Below the pieces are notes generated by a model that was given only the letters and a program-made list of their open reading frames with translations, was not told where the DNA came from and made no database searches. A DNA stretch of 64,000 nucleotides, from contig OX597829.1 of the NCBI GenBank assembly GCA_951406725.2, positions 44,578,001 through 44,642,000 of the forward strand, given 5' to 3'. Positions 12,721-26,532 of this stretch are shown one piece after another. The stretch comes from Octopus vulgaris (taxonomy: Eukaryota). Position 1 is the first letter of the stretch, and the number at the start of each line of letters is the position of its first letter. The position numbers and the translations under genes were made by a program.

Positions 12721-13082
12721 GTGGAGGCGCAATGGCCCAGTGGTTAGGGCAGCGGATTCGCGGTCATAGGATCGCGGTTTCGATTCCCAGACCGGGCGTT
12801 GTGAGTGTTTATTGAGCGAAAACACCTAAAGCTCCACGAGGCTCCGGCAGGGGATGGTGGTGATCCCTGCTGTACTCTTTCACCACAACTTTCTCTCACT
12901 CTTACTTCCTGTTCCTGTTTCTTGTCACTCTCTGTATCACGCTGAATATCCCCGAGAACTACGTTAAGGGTACACGTGTCTGTGGAATGCTCAGCCACTT
13001 ACACGTTAATTTCACGAGCAGGCTGTTCCGTTGATTCGGATCAACCGGAACCCTCATCGTCGTAACCGACGGAGTGCTTCCA
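12721..13082 (+). mobile_element. Family C SINE with 11-bp TSD
   Basis: A-box TGGCCCAGTGG, B-box GGTTTCGATTCCC; CACCAAGTAGT at 12712-12722 and 13081-13091. Confidence 0.93.
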
Positions 13083-14047
13083 CCAAGTAGTATTTTGTCT
13101 CATTCTTCCCTGGTTTCTACAATTTTTTCAAAATCCGGTCAGTTGACGAGGCAAAGAAGTCTAAATCAGGAAAGTCTATGACTGTCTGTTGGAAGAGAAA
13201 GAAAATCGTCGCCCAGATAAAAAGGAAAAAAAAAAGAAGAAAAAAAAAAAAAACTGACAGGTAGATGGAATTCCAAAGTCCCCCCAATCCAGAAACCAAC
13301 GACCAAAGCTATCGCGATGATATTAACAACAACAACATAAACAACAAAAAACAGCCAAGACACAACCAGACGAACTATAAAAACAACCAAACGTGGAACC
13401 CAATGGAATAATACCAAAGCAGCAGAACAAAATCGACGACAGGAAAAAGGAATGACAGCCACAACAGCCATGTAAGGAAACCAAACAAACAAACAAAAAT
13501 ATCAAGACCCAACAACAGTTATTAATACAACACACAGAGATATAACTCTTCAAGTTTAATACTGAATTAGCGGAGCATGTAATACATAACGACAAACAAA
13601 TACAAATAAGGAAGGATGGCGCGAACAGTCTTCTCTCAAAGGCAGGCAGACGATAGACTTCTGGTGAGGGCTACACTGCAAGTCTACAAACAAACGCTGC
13701 TGAAATTCCCACATGACATAAGGGATTTTCAAAGTTTAACCCATCTCACACAGACAGCCGGCTTCTCTTCTTTCCGTCAATCATACTTTGTCTCGTCACA
13801 TAAATACAGCATACAGCAGTTAAGATATTTTGCTCCAATCATTCTTCGCCGTACTGTTTCCTCTTGAGTACGCTTCTCTCCTATTCGCATTTTGCGCGAA
13901 AGCTTCGAACTACATCGACGAGCCTGAAAAATTCATGGACGGACTCCATCTTGTCTGGTTAGCGAGGGACCTGTAATAAATACGGTGACATATTTCTGAA
14001 GCAAATAGCCGCTGTGTTTTTCTCAATATCTCATTGCTTCTTTTAAT

Positions 14048-14466
14048 TACTCTTTACTCTTTTTCTCTTTTACTTGTTTCAGTCATTTGACTGCGGCCAT
14101 GCTGGAGCACCGCCTTTAGTCGAGCAAATCGACCCCGGGACTTATTCTTTGTAAGCCCAGTACTTATTCTATCGGTCTCTTTTTGCCGAACCGCTAAGTT
14201 ACGGGGACGTAAACACACCAGCATCGGTTGTCAAGCGATGGTGGGGGGACCAACACAGACACACAAAAATATACACACACATACATATATATATACATAT
14301 ATACGACAGGCTTCTTTCAGTTTCCGTCTACCAAATCCACTCACAAGGCATTGGTCGGCCCGGGGCTATAGCAGAAGACACTTGCCCAAGATGCCACGCA
14401 GTGGGACTGAACCCGGAACCATGTGGTTGGTAAGCAAGCTACTTACTACACAGCCACTCCTGCGCC
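14048..14466 (-). mobile_element. Family B SINE, full length
   Basis: Near identical to 54852-55255; flanked by TAATTA on both sides. Confidence 0.93.
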
Positions 14467-14990
14467 TAATTATTCATATTTTTCTAATGTATCAGAGATA
14501 CTTGATGATATGATGCTGGTTGGAATACGCTGAGGACAAAACTGGCATGGACATTGCTGGAATAACTTCGTTAATATTTGTGGTCGTTCAGAACTTCTCA
14601 GAAATTTCAAAATATAATAATGACAACGCATAAAACGGGAGACAACAACCAACATATTTAAATGTCTTGTGAAATTTATATTTCATATGAAAACTACACG
14701 TCACTCATTCATAGAGTAAATGGAAGGTGTTTAGAACACGTCTATAAAAATCTTATGGGGCGATAAACGCCATTCTCTTTACAAATCAACTGAGTGATAC
14801 GGGGTTAATTGGTGGTCGAGTTATTAAACTTCACAATTTGTATTAGCTAATCTTTTCTACGACCGTTAGTCGCGAGACGAATAGGCTTGGCCAGTAAGCT
14901 TGGACTTTGAGGTAGTATGTTAAAAACGAAGGCTTTGATGCACACAAACATACGCACACAAATACACAAAAGTTAGTGTAGATGCATATA

Positions 14991-14993
<3 letters not shown>

Positions 14994-15087
<94 letters not shown>

Positions 15088-15470
15088 ATGCATGCATGTA
15101 TGTATGTATGTATACATGTATGTATGTATAAAGAGAGAGAGAGAAACAGACAGACAGACAATTGTATGTATACATATGTATATAAATACTTGACAGTCCA
15201 TTGTAAATATACATATATACATATACATACACCCAAACATACGCACATATATTGAGACATGTACATGTAAATATATGTCTATACATATGTATGTATGTAT
15301 GTATGTATGTATGCATGTATGTATGTATGTATGTATGTATGTATGTATATATGTGTGTGTGTATGTATGTATGTATGTATGTATGTATGTATGTATGTAT
15401 GTATGTATGCATGTATATATGTATGTATGAATGAATGAATGAATGTATGTATATATATATGTATATGTGC
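14994..15470. repeat. (TA)n/(TG)n/(TATG)n compound microsatellite
   Basis: Read directly from the sequence. Confidence 0.9.
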
Positions 15471-15479
15471 GTACATATT

Positions 15480-15668
15480 CTTTCTTTTATTCTTTTACTT
15501 GTTTCAGTCATTTGATGGCGGACATGCTGGAGCACAGCCTTTAGTCGAATGAATCTATCCCAGAACTTATTCTTTGTAAGCCTAGTACTTATTCTATCGG
15601 TATCTTTTGCCGAACTGCTAAGTTACGAGCACGTAAACACACCAACGTTGGTTGTCAATGGTGGGGTG

Positions 15669-15732
<64 letters not shown>

Positions 15733-15893
15733 GACGGGCTCCTTTCAGATTTCGTTTACCAAATCCACTCACAAGGCCTTAGTCGGCCCGAGGTTATAGT
15801 AGAAGACACTTGGCAAGATACCACGGAGTGGAACTGAACCCGGAACCATGTGGTACGAGAGAAAGATTCTTACCACGCAGCCACGTCTGCGCC
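15480..15893 (-). mobile_element. Family B SINE, diverged
   Basis: Same head and tail words as the other B copies. Confidence 0.9.
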
Positions 15894-15911
15894 TACACAC
15901 ACAAAAAAACA

Positions 15912-15949
<38 letters not shown>

Positions 15950-15959
15950 TTGACAAATG

Positions 15960-15993
<34 letters not shown>

Positions 15994-16059
15994 TATATAT
16001 ATATACATACATACACATATATGTATGCATATGCATTTATATTTCGAATTGATTTCATA

Positions 16060-17170
16060 TTCAGTGTAATGATATACTTTCATAGGCTAATTAATGACGT
16101 GAAATCAATAAACAAAGAGCTATTAGCAATTAAAGTTCGAAAATTTTGGTAATTTTAGCCAGTCGTAACCGACAGACACATTCATGGCTGTTGCGATAGT
16201 AAGAAGCGGAACATGAGAACTCTTTTGACTCCCGACATGCCTGTTGCCATAGTAACCAGCGAATCCGAGCAGCCTTTGAAAAGTCTTTTATCTGCGAAGA
16301 AACGCGTGTTGACAAAGTTGACACTGTGTTCTGTGTTCTGTGTGATTATGGCAGCAAGCTCCGGGAACTTCGCTTCTGTTATGGAAACTTCGAAAACAGG
16401 GCAGGATATTTTAAAAAGTAAAACCGAAAGTTAAATGGGTGTTTTTTTTAATACTTAAATGTTTGTTTTTAATGCTTAAATATTTCTTTTTTAAGCACAT
16501 TTTGTTCACTCCTATTTTCATATATGACATATAAATATCTATATCTTTTGGAACATTGTCATTTTATAAGATTTTGTTGACAATTTTTTAAGATAACATA
16601 AACATTTATTTACACGGAAGAAAATTACCGGAGAACTTTCATCTAATTCTTCCAAATCTTTCTGGTAAAAATTGTAATCTGTTTATCACATGTAACGTGA
16701 TGTTTATCGCATTTGCATTAAATTGATATTGAATGCTTAAATATTTGTTTACACGTTTCGTTTTGTCATTGAGCACTGAGGTGGTTGTGTAGTGTGCTAA
16801 AAATAACAGCTAAATAAGATTTGGGGGATAAATCTTTTAAATTAACACAAACATTTATTTATATGAAAGAAAATTTCTCGAGACATAACACGTGACGTTT
16901 ACAAATATTGACAACAAGTGCTATTTTCAGGATGTTGACGACAAAATGTGCAGTCACGCACAAAATGACAGCTTGCAAATTCCTGTTTCCTGACAGGGAG
17001 AAAATTATCAAACTTTAAACCTTTATACTTTTTTTAAAAACATTTTTCTGGCAAAAATTAAGTAACTCCAGCAATTCAGTTTGGGCAATTGTATTATTGT
17101 GCCAAATTAAAAAAATTTCGGTAAACTCTAATTTTCGAAATGCTGGCCGCCAAACCGATAATATCCTTCA
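16060..17170. mobile_element. Probable old non-autonomous DNA transposon
   Basis: About 16115-16165 (GAGCTATTAGCAATTAAAGTTCGAAAATTTTGGTAATTTTAGCC) matches about 28057-28101 (GAAGTTATTAGCCATTAAAATTTGCAAAATTTTGGTAATTTAGCC), each followed by CCATAG(T/C)AACC. Ends are uncertain. Confidence 0.35.
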
Positions 17171-17364
17171 TGGGTTTAAGGGTATCGTGAAAATCCTGAT
17201 GGGTGCCCAACATTCCAAGTTCTTTTACAGAACTTAGAAAAACTGAAGGACCACTGCAATAAGTGTTTGAAACTGAGATGGGTATATGTTGAATAAAATG
17301 ATAATTAACTGATCCTCCTCTATTTTCTTTTACACAAAGCCAGGAACTTTTCAGCACCCTCTTG

Positions 17365-17401
<37 letters not shown>

Positions 17402-17612
17402 CGCCATGATAGATCGTTAGCTCCTACACGCATTTTTTTCTCTCCTTATTTCTCTCCTTGTTTTTTTTTTCTGTGTATCTTTCTGTCGAAGAGCGTAGGC
17501 TCGAAACGTAAAAGACTTGTTCTATTTCTATTCCTGAGCGCCATACTAATACATTGTTTGTCTGTACTCCACCTGCCTTCGCCTTTTGTTTATTTTCGTA
17601 AACCTTCCCGTT
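17402..17612 (+). mobile_element. Family E: solo terminal repeat of a Penelope-like element within (TA)n
   Basis: Homologous to the reverse complement of 49030-49241; contains a hammerhead fold. Confidence 0.8.
17478..17515 (+). ncRNA. Minimal type I hammerhead ribozyme, A6U core variant
   Basis: TCTTT-CTGTCGA-A-GAGC-GTAG-GCTC-GAAA-CG-TA-AAAGA: helix I 5 bp, helix II 4 bp, palindromic helix III, GUA site. Confidence 0.65.
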
Positions 17613-17621
17613 ATATATATA

Positions 17622-17965
17622 TATATAAACTTGGATAAAACTTAGATACGTTTCGACTATAGATTGGTCCAAGCCATGTCTAACTTAATAGTACCACCAC
17701 TTATAGGATTATCTAAATCCTTTTAAAGTCAAGTTTTGTGGTATTATGGTCCAATCAAATAGCGAGTTCTTATTGAGTGAGTTGTATCCAGGAATAGGTG
17801 GGTTATCTGGTGTTCCTTGAAAAAATTTGTCCAGACTCCGTTTAAAGGTGATGGCAGGGGACGTATAGCCCGTGGTCCCAACCTTGGATGAACCTTGAAA
17901 CTAATGTTCAGGTCGTTTTGACAATGCTGGCGGTATATTCTCCACATATATGTGCATGTGTGTGT
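17622..17965 (-). mobile_element. 3' end of a CR1-group LINE (RT C-terminus with an internal deletion, plus 3' UTR)
   Basis: Minus strand translates MWRIYRQHCQNDLNISFKVHPRLGPRAIRP, then in another frame AITFKRSLDKFFQGTPDNPPIPGYNSLNKNSLFDW. The FK..LDKFL..PD.P..PGY signature is typical of CR1-group C-termini. Confidence 0.7.
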
Positions 17966-17966
17966 A

Positions 17967-17998
<32 letters not shown>

Positions 17999-18104
17999 CA
18001 TAAATGTCATTTGGTGTTAGCAGCTGTCGAATACGAACTCAACAAAACTTAACTAATATGGCGTAAAAATGCTTTTATCGATAAAAAAAGATAAATAGAA
18101 AGAA

Positions 18105-18106
18105 AT

Positions 18107-18147
<41 letters not shown>

Positions 18148-18200
18148 TAGACAGATAGACAGACAGACAGACAGACACACAGACAGACAGACAGACAGAC

Positions 18201-18233
<33 letters not shown>

Positions 18234-18292
18234 TATAGATAGACAGACAGACAGACAGACAGATAGATAGACAGATATATATATATATATAT

Positions 18293-18356
<64 letters not shown>

Positions 18357-18424
18357 ACAGACCGACCGACAGACAGATTGATAGACGGATAGATAGATAA
18401 ATAGATAGATAGTTATACAGACAA

Positions 18425-18487
<63 letters not shown>
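18105..18487. repeat. (GACA)n/(GATA)n microsatellite
   Basis: Read directly from the sequence. Confidence 0.95.
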
Positions 18488-18889
18488 TTTTCTTATCCTT
18501 TTATTTTTTTTTTCTTAAACGTTGAAGCGAGATTATTAAACTCTATTTATCGTGCGGGGATTATTGTTACATTACAGACCCACATGACAACTACTAAACA
18601 CATCTCCGCGGTATAGCAAAACCCTTCACACCACCACTATCACTACAAACTCCACTTCTATTCTTAATGTTCAAAGCCCATAGTCAACGATGCAAACGAA
18701 GGGGGCTCCTGACAAACAAAATATGGGGCACACGCCTCCCTCCACTGGCACCTACCACATTCACTACGACATTGACCCCGCTCCTTTTTATTTTATTTAT
18801 TTTTTTTTTTTTTGTTTTTTTTTGCCATCTTGTCAGAAGAAACTGCTCTTAACGCATTTAGCCACATCAACTGTATAAATGCTGTAGAC

Positions 18890-18952
18890 CATCATCATCT
18901 ACCAATACCTTTATCATCATCATCATCATCGTCACCGTCATCATCATCACCG

Positions 18953-18988
<36 letters not shown>

Positions 18989-19009
18989 CCACCGTCATCA
19001 TTAGTATTC

Positions 19010-19051
<42 letters not shown>

Positions 19052-20225
19052 CCGTCATCATCACAGTCGTCATCATCATCATCATCATCATCACAGTCGT
19101 CATCATCATCATCATCACCGTCATCATCATAATCACCATCATCATCATCATCATCATCATCACAGTCGTCATCATCATCATCATCATCATCACCATCATC
19201 TACCAATACCATTTTCGTAATCATCATCATCATCATCATTGTCATCCTCATCTTCATCATCATCATCATCATCGTCATCGTCGTCATCATCATCCCCATT
19301 GTCATCATCATCATCATCATCAACATCCTCATCTACCACCATCACCACTACCACAACCAACACCACTACCGCAAGTATCGCGACTACCATCAATTATCAT
19401 CATCATCATCATCATTATAATTGTTACAACCCTCATTAGCATTTTTATCACCATTCTCATCTTCATCATCGCTGTCGTCATCCTCTTCGTCACTATTATC
19501 ATCATCATCATCATCATGAATTTAATCGTCATCGTTATTTCATCTGCAACAGCACCATCTTTATGCACCTTCATGACACCATCATCGTCATCATAACCTG
19601 TATCACCACCTCCACCATCAGCACCACCATCACCTCCACCATCATCACCACAACCACCACCGCCACTGTACTACTACCACCACCGTCAACGCCACCACCA
19701 CCATTACCACATAACCACCACCTCCACCATCATCACCTCCAACACTACCACCACTACCGCCACCTCAACTACCACGACGAGCACCACCACCACCAATGCC
19801 ACCTCCAACATCACAGGTACCACAACCACCACCACAACCGCCCCTTCCACCATCGCAACCGCCCTTCCACCACCACTACCGCCATCCTTCGCCGCTACCA
19901 CAACAACCATCGCAGCCACCACCTACGCCGCCACCACTACCACCATCACCGCCGTACTACCACCATCACTACAACAACCACCACCATCATTACAAACTCT
20001 ACCATCACCGCCGCCGCCACTACCACCATCACCACAACTACAACCACCATCATCACAACCACCACCACCACCACCACCACCACAACTACCACCACCACCA
20101 TCATCACATCTACCACCACCACCACCACCACCACTACCACCACAACTACCACCGCCATCGCCACAACTATCACCACCACCACCACCACCGCCGCCACCGC
20201 CACCACCACCACCACCACAACTAAC
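18890..20225. repeat. (CAT)n grading into degenerate (CAC)n low-complexity sequence
   Basis: Read directly from the sequence. Confidence 0.9.
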
Positions 20226-20591
20226 CACTGTCGACAGTGTTACTCTCGTTCCCCCCTTCTTTATCTCCATTTGCAACCCTCCCCCTTTCTCAAACCTTCC
20301 CCCAACCCCCGCCAACTCCCACTAACAAAAACAGTAAGAACAACGTCCACTTTCTCCTATTTCATCCGTCAAACTCACCCCCCACCGCCCACCACCCCCG
20401 CCCACCTCTCCTCAACCGCTATCCACCCACCCCCTCTTCACACACACAACTCCACTCCATCACTTGTCTTCTACTCTCCCTACCACCATCACCATCACCA
20501 TCGTCGCCACCTCTTCATTCATTCCCTATTACAATCTTGTTATAACAATCTTGCCCGCCATATTCAATTGTTTTCCTCCTTTCTTTCCTTT

Positions 20592-22504
20592 ACAACCACC
20601 ACCACCACCACCACCACCACCACTACTACTACTATCACTACCACCATTACCACCATTACAACCACCACCACCAACACTACTACTACTACCACCAATACCA
20701 CCACAACCACCACCACAACCACCACCATCATCACCACCACCACCACCACCACCACCACCACCACCACCACTACTACTACTATCACTACAACCACTACCAC
20801 CATTACAACCACCACCACCGACACTACTACTACTACCACCAATACCACCACAACCACCACCACAACCACCACCACAACCACCACCATCATCACCACCACC
20901 ACCACCACCACCACCACTACTACTACTATCACTACCACCACTACCACCATTACAACCACCACCACCAACACTACTACTACTACCACCAATACCACCACAA
21001 CCACAACCACCACCACAACCACCACCACTACTACTACTATCACTACCACCACTACCACCATTACAACCACCACCACCAACACTACTACTACTACCACCAA
21101 TACCACCACAACCACCACCACAACCACCACCATCATCACCACCACCACCACCACCACCACCACTACTACTACTATCACTACCACCACTACCACCATTACA
21201 ACCACCACCACCAACACTACTACTACTACCACCAATACCACCACAACCACAACCACCACCACCACCACCACCACTACTACTACTATCACTACCACCACTA
21301 CCACCATTACAACCACCACCACCAACACTACTACTACTACCACCAATACCACCACAACCACCACCACAACCACCACCACAACCACCACCATCATCACCAC
21401 CACCACCACCACCACCACCACTACTACTACTATCACTACCACCACTACCACCATTACAACCACCACCACCAACACTACTACTACTACCACCAATACCACC
21501 ACAACCACAACCACCACCACCACCACCACCACTACTACTACTATCACTACCACCACTACCACCATTACAACCACCACCACCAACACTACTACTACTACCA
21601 CCAATACCACCACAACAACCACCACAACCACCACCATCATCACCACCACCACCACCACCACCACCACTACTACTACTGTCACTACCACCACTACCACCAT
21701 TACAACCACCACCACCAACACTACTACTACTACCACCAATACCACCACAACCACAACCACCACCACCACCACCACCACTACTACTACTATCACTACCACC
21801 ACTACCACCATTACAACCACCACCACCAACACTACTACTACTACCACCAATACCACCACAACCACCACCACAACCACCACCATCATCACCACCACCACCA
21901 CCACCACCACCACTACTACTACTATCACTACCACCACTACCACCATTACAACCACCACCACCAACACTACTACTACTACCACCAATACCACCACAACCAC
22001 CACCACAACCACCACCATCATCACCACCACCACCACCACCACCACCACTACTACTACTATCACTACCACCACTACCACCATTACAACCACCACCACCAAC
22101 ACTACTACTACTACCACCAATACCACCACAACCACCACCATCATCACCACCACCACCACCACCACCACTACTACCACCACCACCACCACCACTACTACCA
22201 CTACCACCAATACCATCACCACCACCATAACCACCACCACTACTACCACCACCACCACCACTACTACTACCACTACCACCAATACCATCACCACCACCAT
22301 AACCGCCACCACTACTACCACCACCACCACCACCACTACTACCACTACCACCAATACCATCACCACCACCATAACCACCACCACTACTACCACCACCACC
22401 ACCACTACCACCACTACCACCAATACCATCACCACCACCACCAACAACAAAACCACTACTACTATTACTACTACCACCAATACCATCACCACCACCACCA
22501 CCAT

Positions 22505-22549
<45 letters not shown>

Positions 22550-22580
22550 CACCACCACCACCACTACTATTACTACTACC
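20592..22580. repeat. Higher-order minisatellite of ACC/ACT triplets, units about 85-105 bp, shorter units at the right end
   Basis: ACCATTACAACC-ACCAACACTACT-ACCAATACC recurs with alternating variants. Confidence 0.92.
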
Positions 22581-22779
22581 CCCCCACTTTCCTTTTCTTT
22601 TTTCATTCTTTATGTGTGTAAGCATGTTGTTTTTCTTTTTTTTTTCTTTTTTCTTTTTCCTTTCTTTCCCTCCCCCCCACCTCCTACTCTATATTCTTTC
22701 TCTATCTTCCTCCCAAGTCAGCCCCCGCTAACGCCGATTATGCTGCCGTTACCGCGGCACCGGCGCCGTCACAACCGCA

Positions 22780-23092
22780 GCCACCACCACTACCACCACC
22801 ACCACCACCACCACCACCACCACAACCACCACCACCCACCACCACCACCACCACCACCACCACCACCACCACCACCACCACCACCACCACCACCACCACC
22901 ACCACACCACCACCACCACCACCACCACCACCACCACCACCACAACCACCACCACCACCACCACCACCACAACCACCGCCACCACCACCACCACCACCAC
23001 CACCACCACCACCACCACCACCACCACCACCACCACAACCACCACCGCCGCCACCACCACCACCACCACCACCACCACAACCACCGCCACCG
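22780..23092. repeat. (ACC)n microsatellite
   Basis: Read directly from the sequence. Confidence 0.95.
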
Positions 23093-23399
23093 CTTCTTCG
23101 TCAAGCACTTCCTTATATTTTCACTTAATCGTTTTCTCGTTTTCACATATTTCTGTTGTACAATAATCATTTGCCAAACACAACACACACACACACACAT
23201 ACACACACGCACACACACACATACACACACACACACGCACACACACACACACACACATACACCTACACACACGCACACACACACATACACAAACACGCAC
23301 ACACATCCGTCGCCATTTCTTGTCGCAACGATAACTCGACGAGAACGCGCGGAGCCGACGCGACGATGACGCTTCTCATGTTGATGAGGGAGGTGGTAA

Positions 23400-23428
23400 T
23401 TTTCGTAGTGTTGGTGGTAGTAGAAGTT

Positions 23429-23474
<46 letters not shown>

Positions 23475-23766
23475 GGGGGTAGTAGTAATAGTAGTAGTAG
23501 TAGTAGTAGATGTGTTGTTGTTGGTGGTGGTAGTAGTAGTAGTGATGGTGGTGGTGGTGGTGATGGTATTGGTGGTAGTGGTAGTAGTAGTAGTGGTGTT
23601 GGTGGTGGTGGTGGTTGTAATGGTGGTGGTAGTGGTATTGGTGGTGGTGGTAGTGATGTTAGTGGTGGTGGTGATGATGGTTGTGGTTGTGGTAGTAGTA
23701 GTGGTGGTGGTGGTGGTGGTGGTGTTGTAATGGTGGTGGTGATGGTGGTTGTAATGGTGGTGGTGA

Positions 23767-23798
<32 letters not shown>

Positions 23799-24090
23799 GC
23801 AATGGTGGTGGTGGTGGTGGTTTTAGTCGTTCTTTTGATAACATTGTTGATATTATTATCGGTGTGGATGGATGTTGTAATGGTAAGTTTTGGTTTGTTG
23901 TTTTTGCGATTGTGGTAAATGGTATTTATTGGTCAACGTAATGAGATTGTGTTAGTGGAGGAGCTGATGGAATTGGTGGTGGTGACCTTAGTAGTTATTC
24001 GTAGTAAGATTGTTAGTGCTGTTTAGTAGTGGTGTTGAGGTGGCGGCGGTGGTGGTGGTGGTGGTGGTGGTGGTGGTGGTGGTGGTTACA
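23400..24090. repeat. (GTA)n/(GGT)n tract, inverted relative to 20592-23092
   Basis: Read directly; shares diagnostic words with the array in reverse complement. Confidence 0.85.
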
Positions 24091-24194
24091 GTTGGTTGGT
24101 TACAGTTGCTGAAGGTGAGTTTCGGTTGGGGGTACGAAATTAAGGTAGCGGTCGATGACGATAGAGATTAGCAGGATGACGAAGACGATAGGGA

Positions 24195-24198
24195 GGAT

Positions 24199-24247
<49 letters not shown>

Positions 24248-24650
24248 GAGAAAGAGAGACAAAGAAAGAAACAAAGAAAATGAAAGAAACAAAGAAAATG
24301 AAAGAAACAAAGAAAGGAAGAAGGAGGGGAAGGAAGAACGGGAGAAAGGAAGGAAGGAAAAAGAAAGAAAGGAAGAAAGAAGCGAAGGACAGAAGGAAGG
24401 CGGGGAAGGAAGAAAGGAAAGAAGAGAATGACGAATGAATGAAAGAAATGAAGAAAGAAAGAAAGAAAGAAAGAAAAAAGAAAGAAATGATAGAAGAAAG
24501 AGTGAAAGAAAGAAATGAAAGAAGAAAGAAAGAAGAAAGGAAAACAGAAAGAAAGAATGGAAGAAAGAAGAAAAGAAAGAAAATGAGAAGGAAGAAGAGA
24601 AGCAAAGAGGACACAGAGAGCATGAAAGAGAGAAAAGGAAGATGCAAATA
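24195..24650. repeat. Polypurine (GAAA)n-rich tract
   Basis: Read directly from the sequence. Confidence 0.9.
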
Positions 24651-25317
24651 GAGAAAAAAATACATAAATATTGAATTAAAGAAAAGATGATGAGATTTAT
24701 CTATTTTCATTTGCAATCTGTATTTTATTTTCTGTTTTCTCTACCTCTGTATCTAGCAGTTCGATCACCGAACTCTCCCCCCTCTCTCTCAGTCTCTCTG
24801 TCTCTCTTTCTCTCTCTTTTCTCCTCTCTATTTTCTTTCTCTATTTCTCTTTTTCTAGCTCCAATCTCTCTTTTTTTCTTTGTGCCACATCTTTATCATC
24901 TCCTACAGCGTCTTTCATTTAGTTCTCCGTTCTTTTGCCGTCAATGTGGAGCGAACCAATATGGAGGATGTTGCCATTGGGCCAACAACAAACAGCGCGA
25001 GTCATCTTCTAAAATGGTGGATATTTCTTGACTTCGGTGTATGAAGCTATATTATATAAAAACAAACACGAAAAGAAAACGGGAATAAAAAGGAAATATA
25101 TAAACATATGAATAAAATAAATAAACAAATAATACTAAATACTGGATAATTACCCAGACTGATTCATATACACATGCTAGAATACACGCACAAACATAAA
25201 ACACAGTGAAATACATATATAAACCTATCTCTGTGCTTCTATAATAGAATCATAGGTACATAATAGCTGTGTGCGAATGTGTTCGTATGTAAACGTATGC
25301 TTTATACATATATATTT

Positions 25318-25406
25318 CTCTCTTTTACTCGTTTCAGTCATTTTGACTTTAGTCGAGCAAATCTACCCCAGGACTTATTCTTTGTAAGCCTAGTATTTAT
25401 TCTATC

Positions 25407-25410
<4 letters not shown>
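25318..25410 (-). mobile_element. Family B SINE 3' fragment
   Basis: TTTTACTCGTTTCAGTCATTT...GGACTTATTCTTTGTAAGCCTAGTA, running into (TA)n. Confidence 0.8.
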
Positions 25411-25500
<90 letters not shown>

Positions 25501-25772
25501 TACATACGTACATACATGCATACATACATACATACATACGTACATACATACATACATACATACATACATACATACATACATACATACATACATACATACA
25601 TACATAGAAAGTAAATTTATCATCCATCGGTTTCGATGATGATATTTTCCAACTGTTTTTAATCAACTGAGCAGCAGTATTCTCAGAATACTTGTTCCGG
25701 AGTTCGCTTAACCCCATTATATTATCCTCACTGTTGAATCTACATGCTATGTACTCATTTCTCATTTTATTA

Positions 25773-25990
25773 AGGCAGTGGGCTGGCAGGATCGTTAGCA
25801 TGCAGGGTAAAATGCTTATCGATATTTCGACCGTCTTTACATTCTAATTTCAAATAACCGCCGAGGTCGACTTTGCTTTCCATCCTTTCGGGGTCGATTA
25901 AATAAGTACCAGTAAAACACTGGAGTCGATATAATCAACTAGTCTCCTTCCTCAAAATTTCAGGCTTTGTGCCTAGAGTAGAAAGGATTG
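25773..25990 (+). mobile_element. Family A SINE, older subfamily tail
   Basis: GGCTGGCAGGATCGTTAGCA...GAGGTCGACTTTGC...tail AAAATTTCAGGCTTTGTGCCTAGAGTAGAAAGGATT. Confidence 0.85.
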
Positions 25991-26213
25991 TTCAGTGGGT
26001 GTTGTCTAACTGCGTATGCATTTATGTATGCGTATATGAGTGTATACATATTGTTATGTGAGTCAGCTATTGAGAAGAAAATATTTACCTATTCATAATA
26101 ACAACACAGTTCTTCCTATAAATATGTGTTAAATGAATGTTAATAATGTTTATGTATGTATGTGTATATATATATTGTTTATGTATGTATGTATGTATGT
26201 ATGTATATGTATG

Positions 26214-26304
<91 letters not shown>

Positions 26305-26319
26305 TGATGAACTTTTAAA

Positions 26320-26497
26320 CCCTACGCGTTTTTTCTCCCCATTTTTTTTCATTCTCTCTCCATTTTTTTCTTTTTTGACCCTTCCTGCCGAAGATGGTAG
26401 ACGCGAAAAACTCTTCCATTCTTCCCGAGCGTTGAACTAATACACCTGCTTGATGTTCCTTCACCTGTCTTCCCTTTTTGTTTTCTGTAAATTTCAC

Positions 26498-26498
<1 letters not shown>
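26320..26498 (+). mobile_element. Diverged family E-related terminal repeat
   Basis: CTACGCGTTTTTTCTC...TTCCCGAGCGTTGAACTAATACA...CACCTGTCTTC...TTTTCTGTAAA is colinear with 17423-17603; hammerhead eroded. Confidence 0.6.

Positions 26499-26532
<34 letters not shown>

Noticed and set aside
13100-13700. Possible third LINE ORF1 C-terminal relic
   Set aside because: Composition resembles 200-700 but I could not establish an alignable motif.
14908-14921. let-7-like TGAGGTAGTATGTT
   Set aside because: Diverges after the 5' half and no complementary hairpin arm was seen.
19563-23369. 1268-aa Thr-rich mucin-like ORF and overlapping Pro-, Gly- and Val-rich ORFs
   Set aside because: Open in several frames on both strands because ACC/ACT repeats lack stops. 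It runs through CA repeats and T-tracts and has no folded domain.
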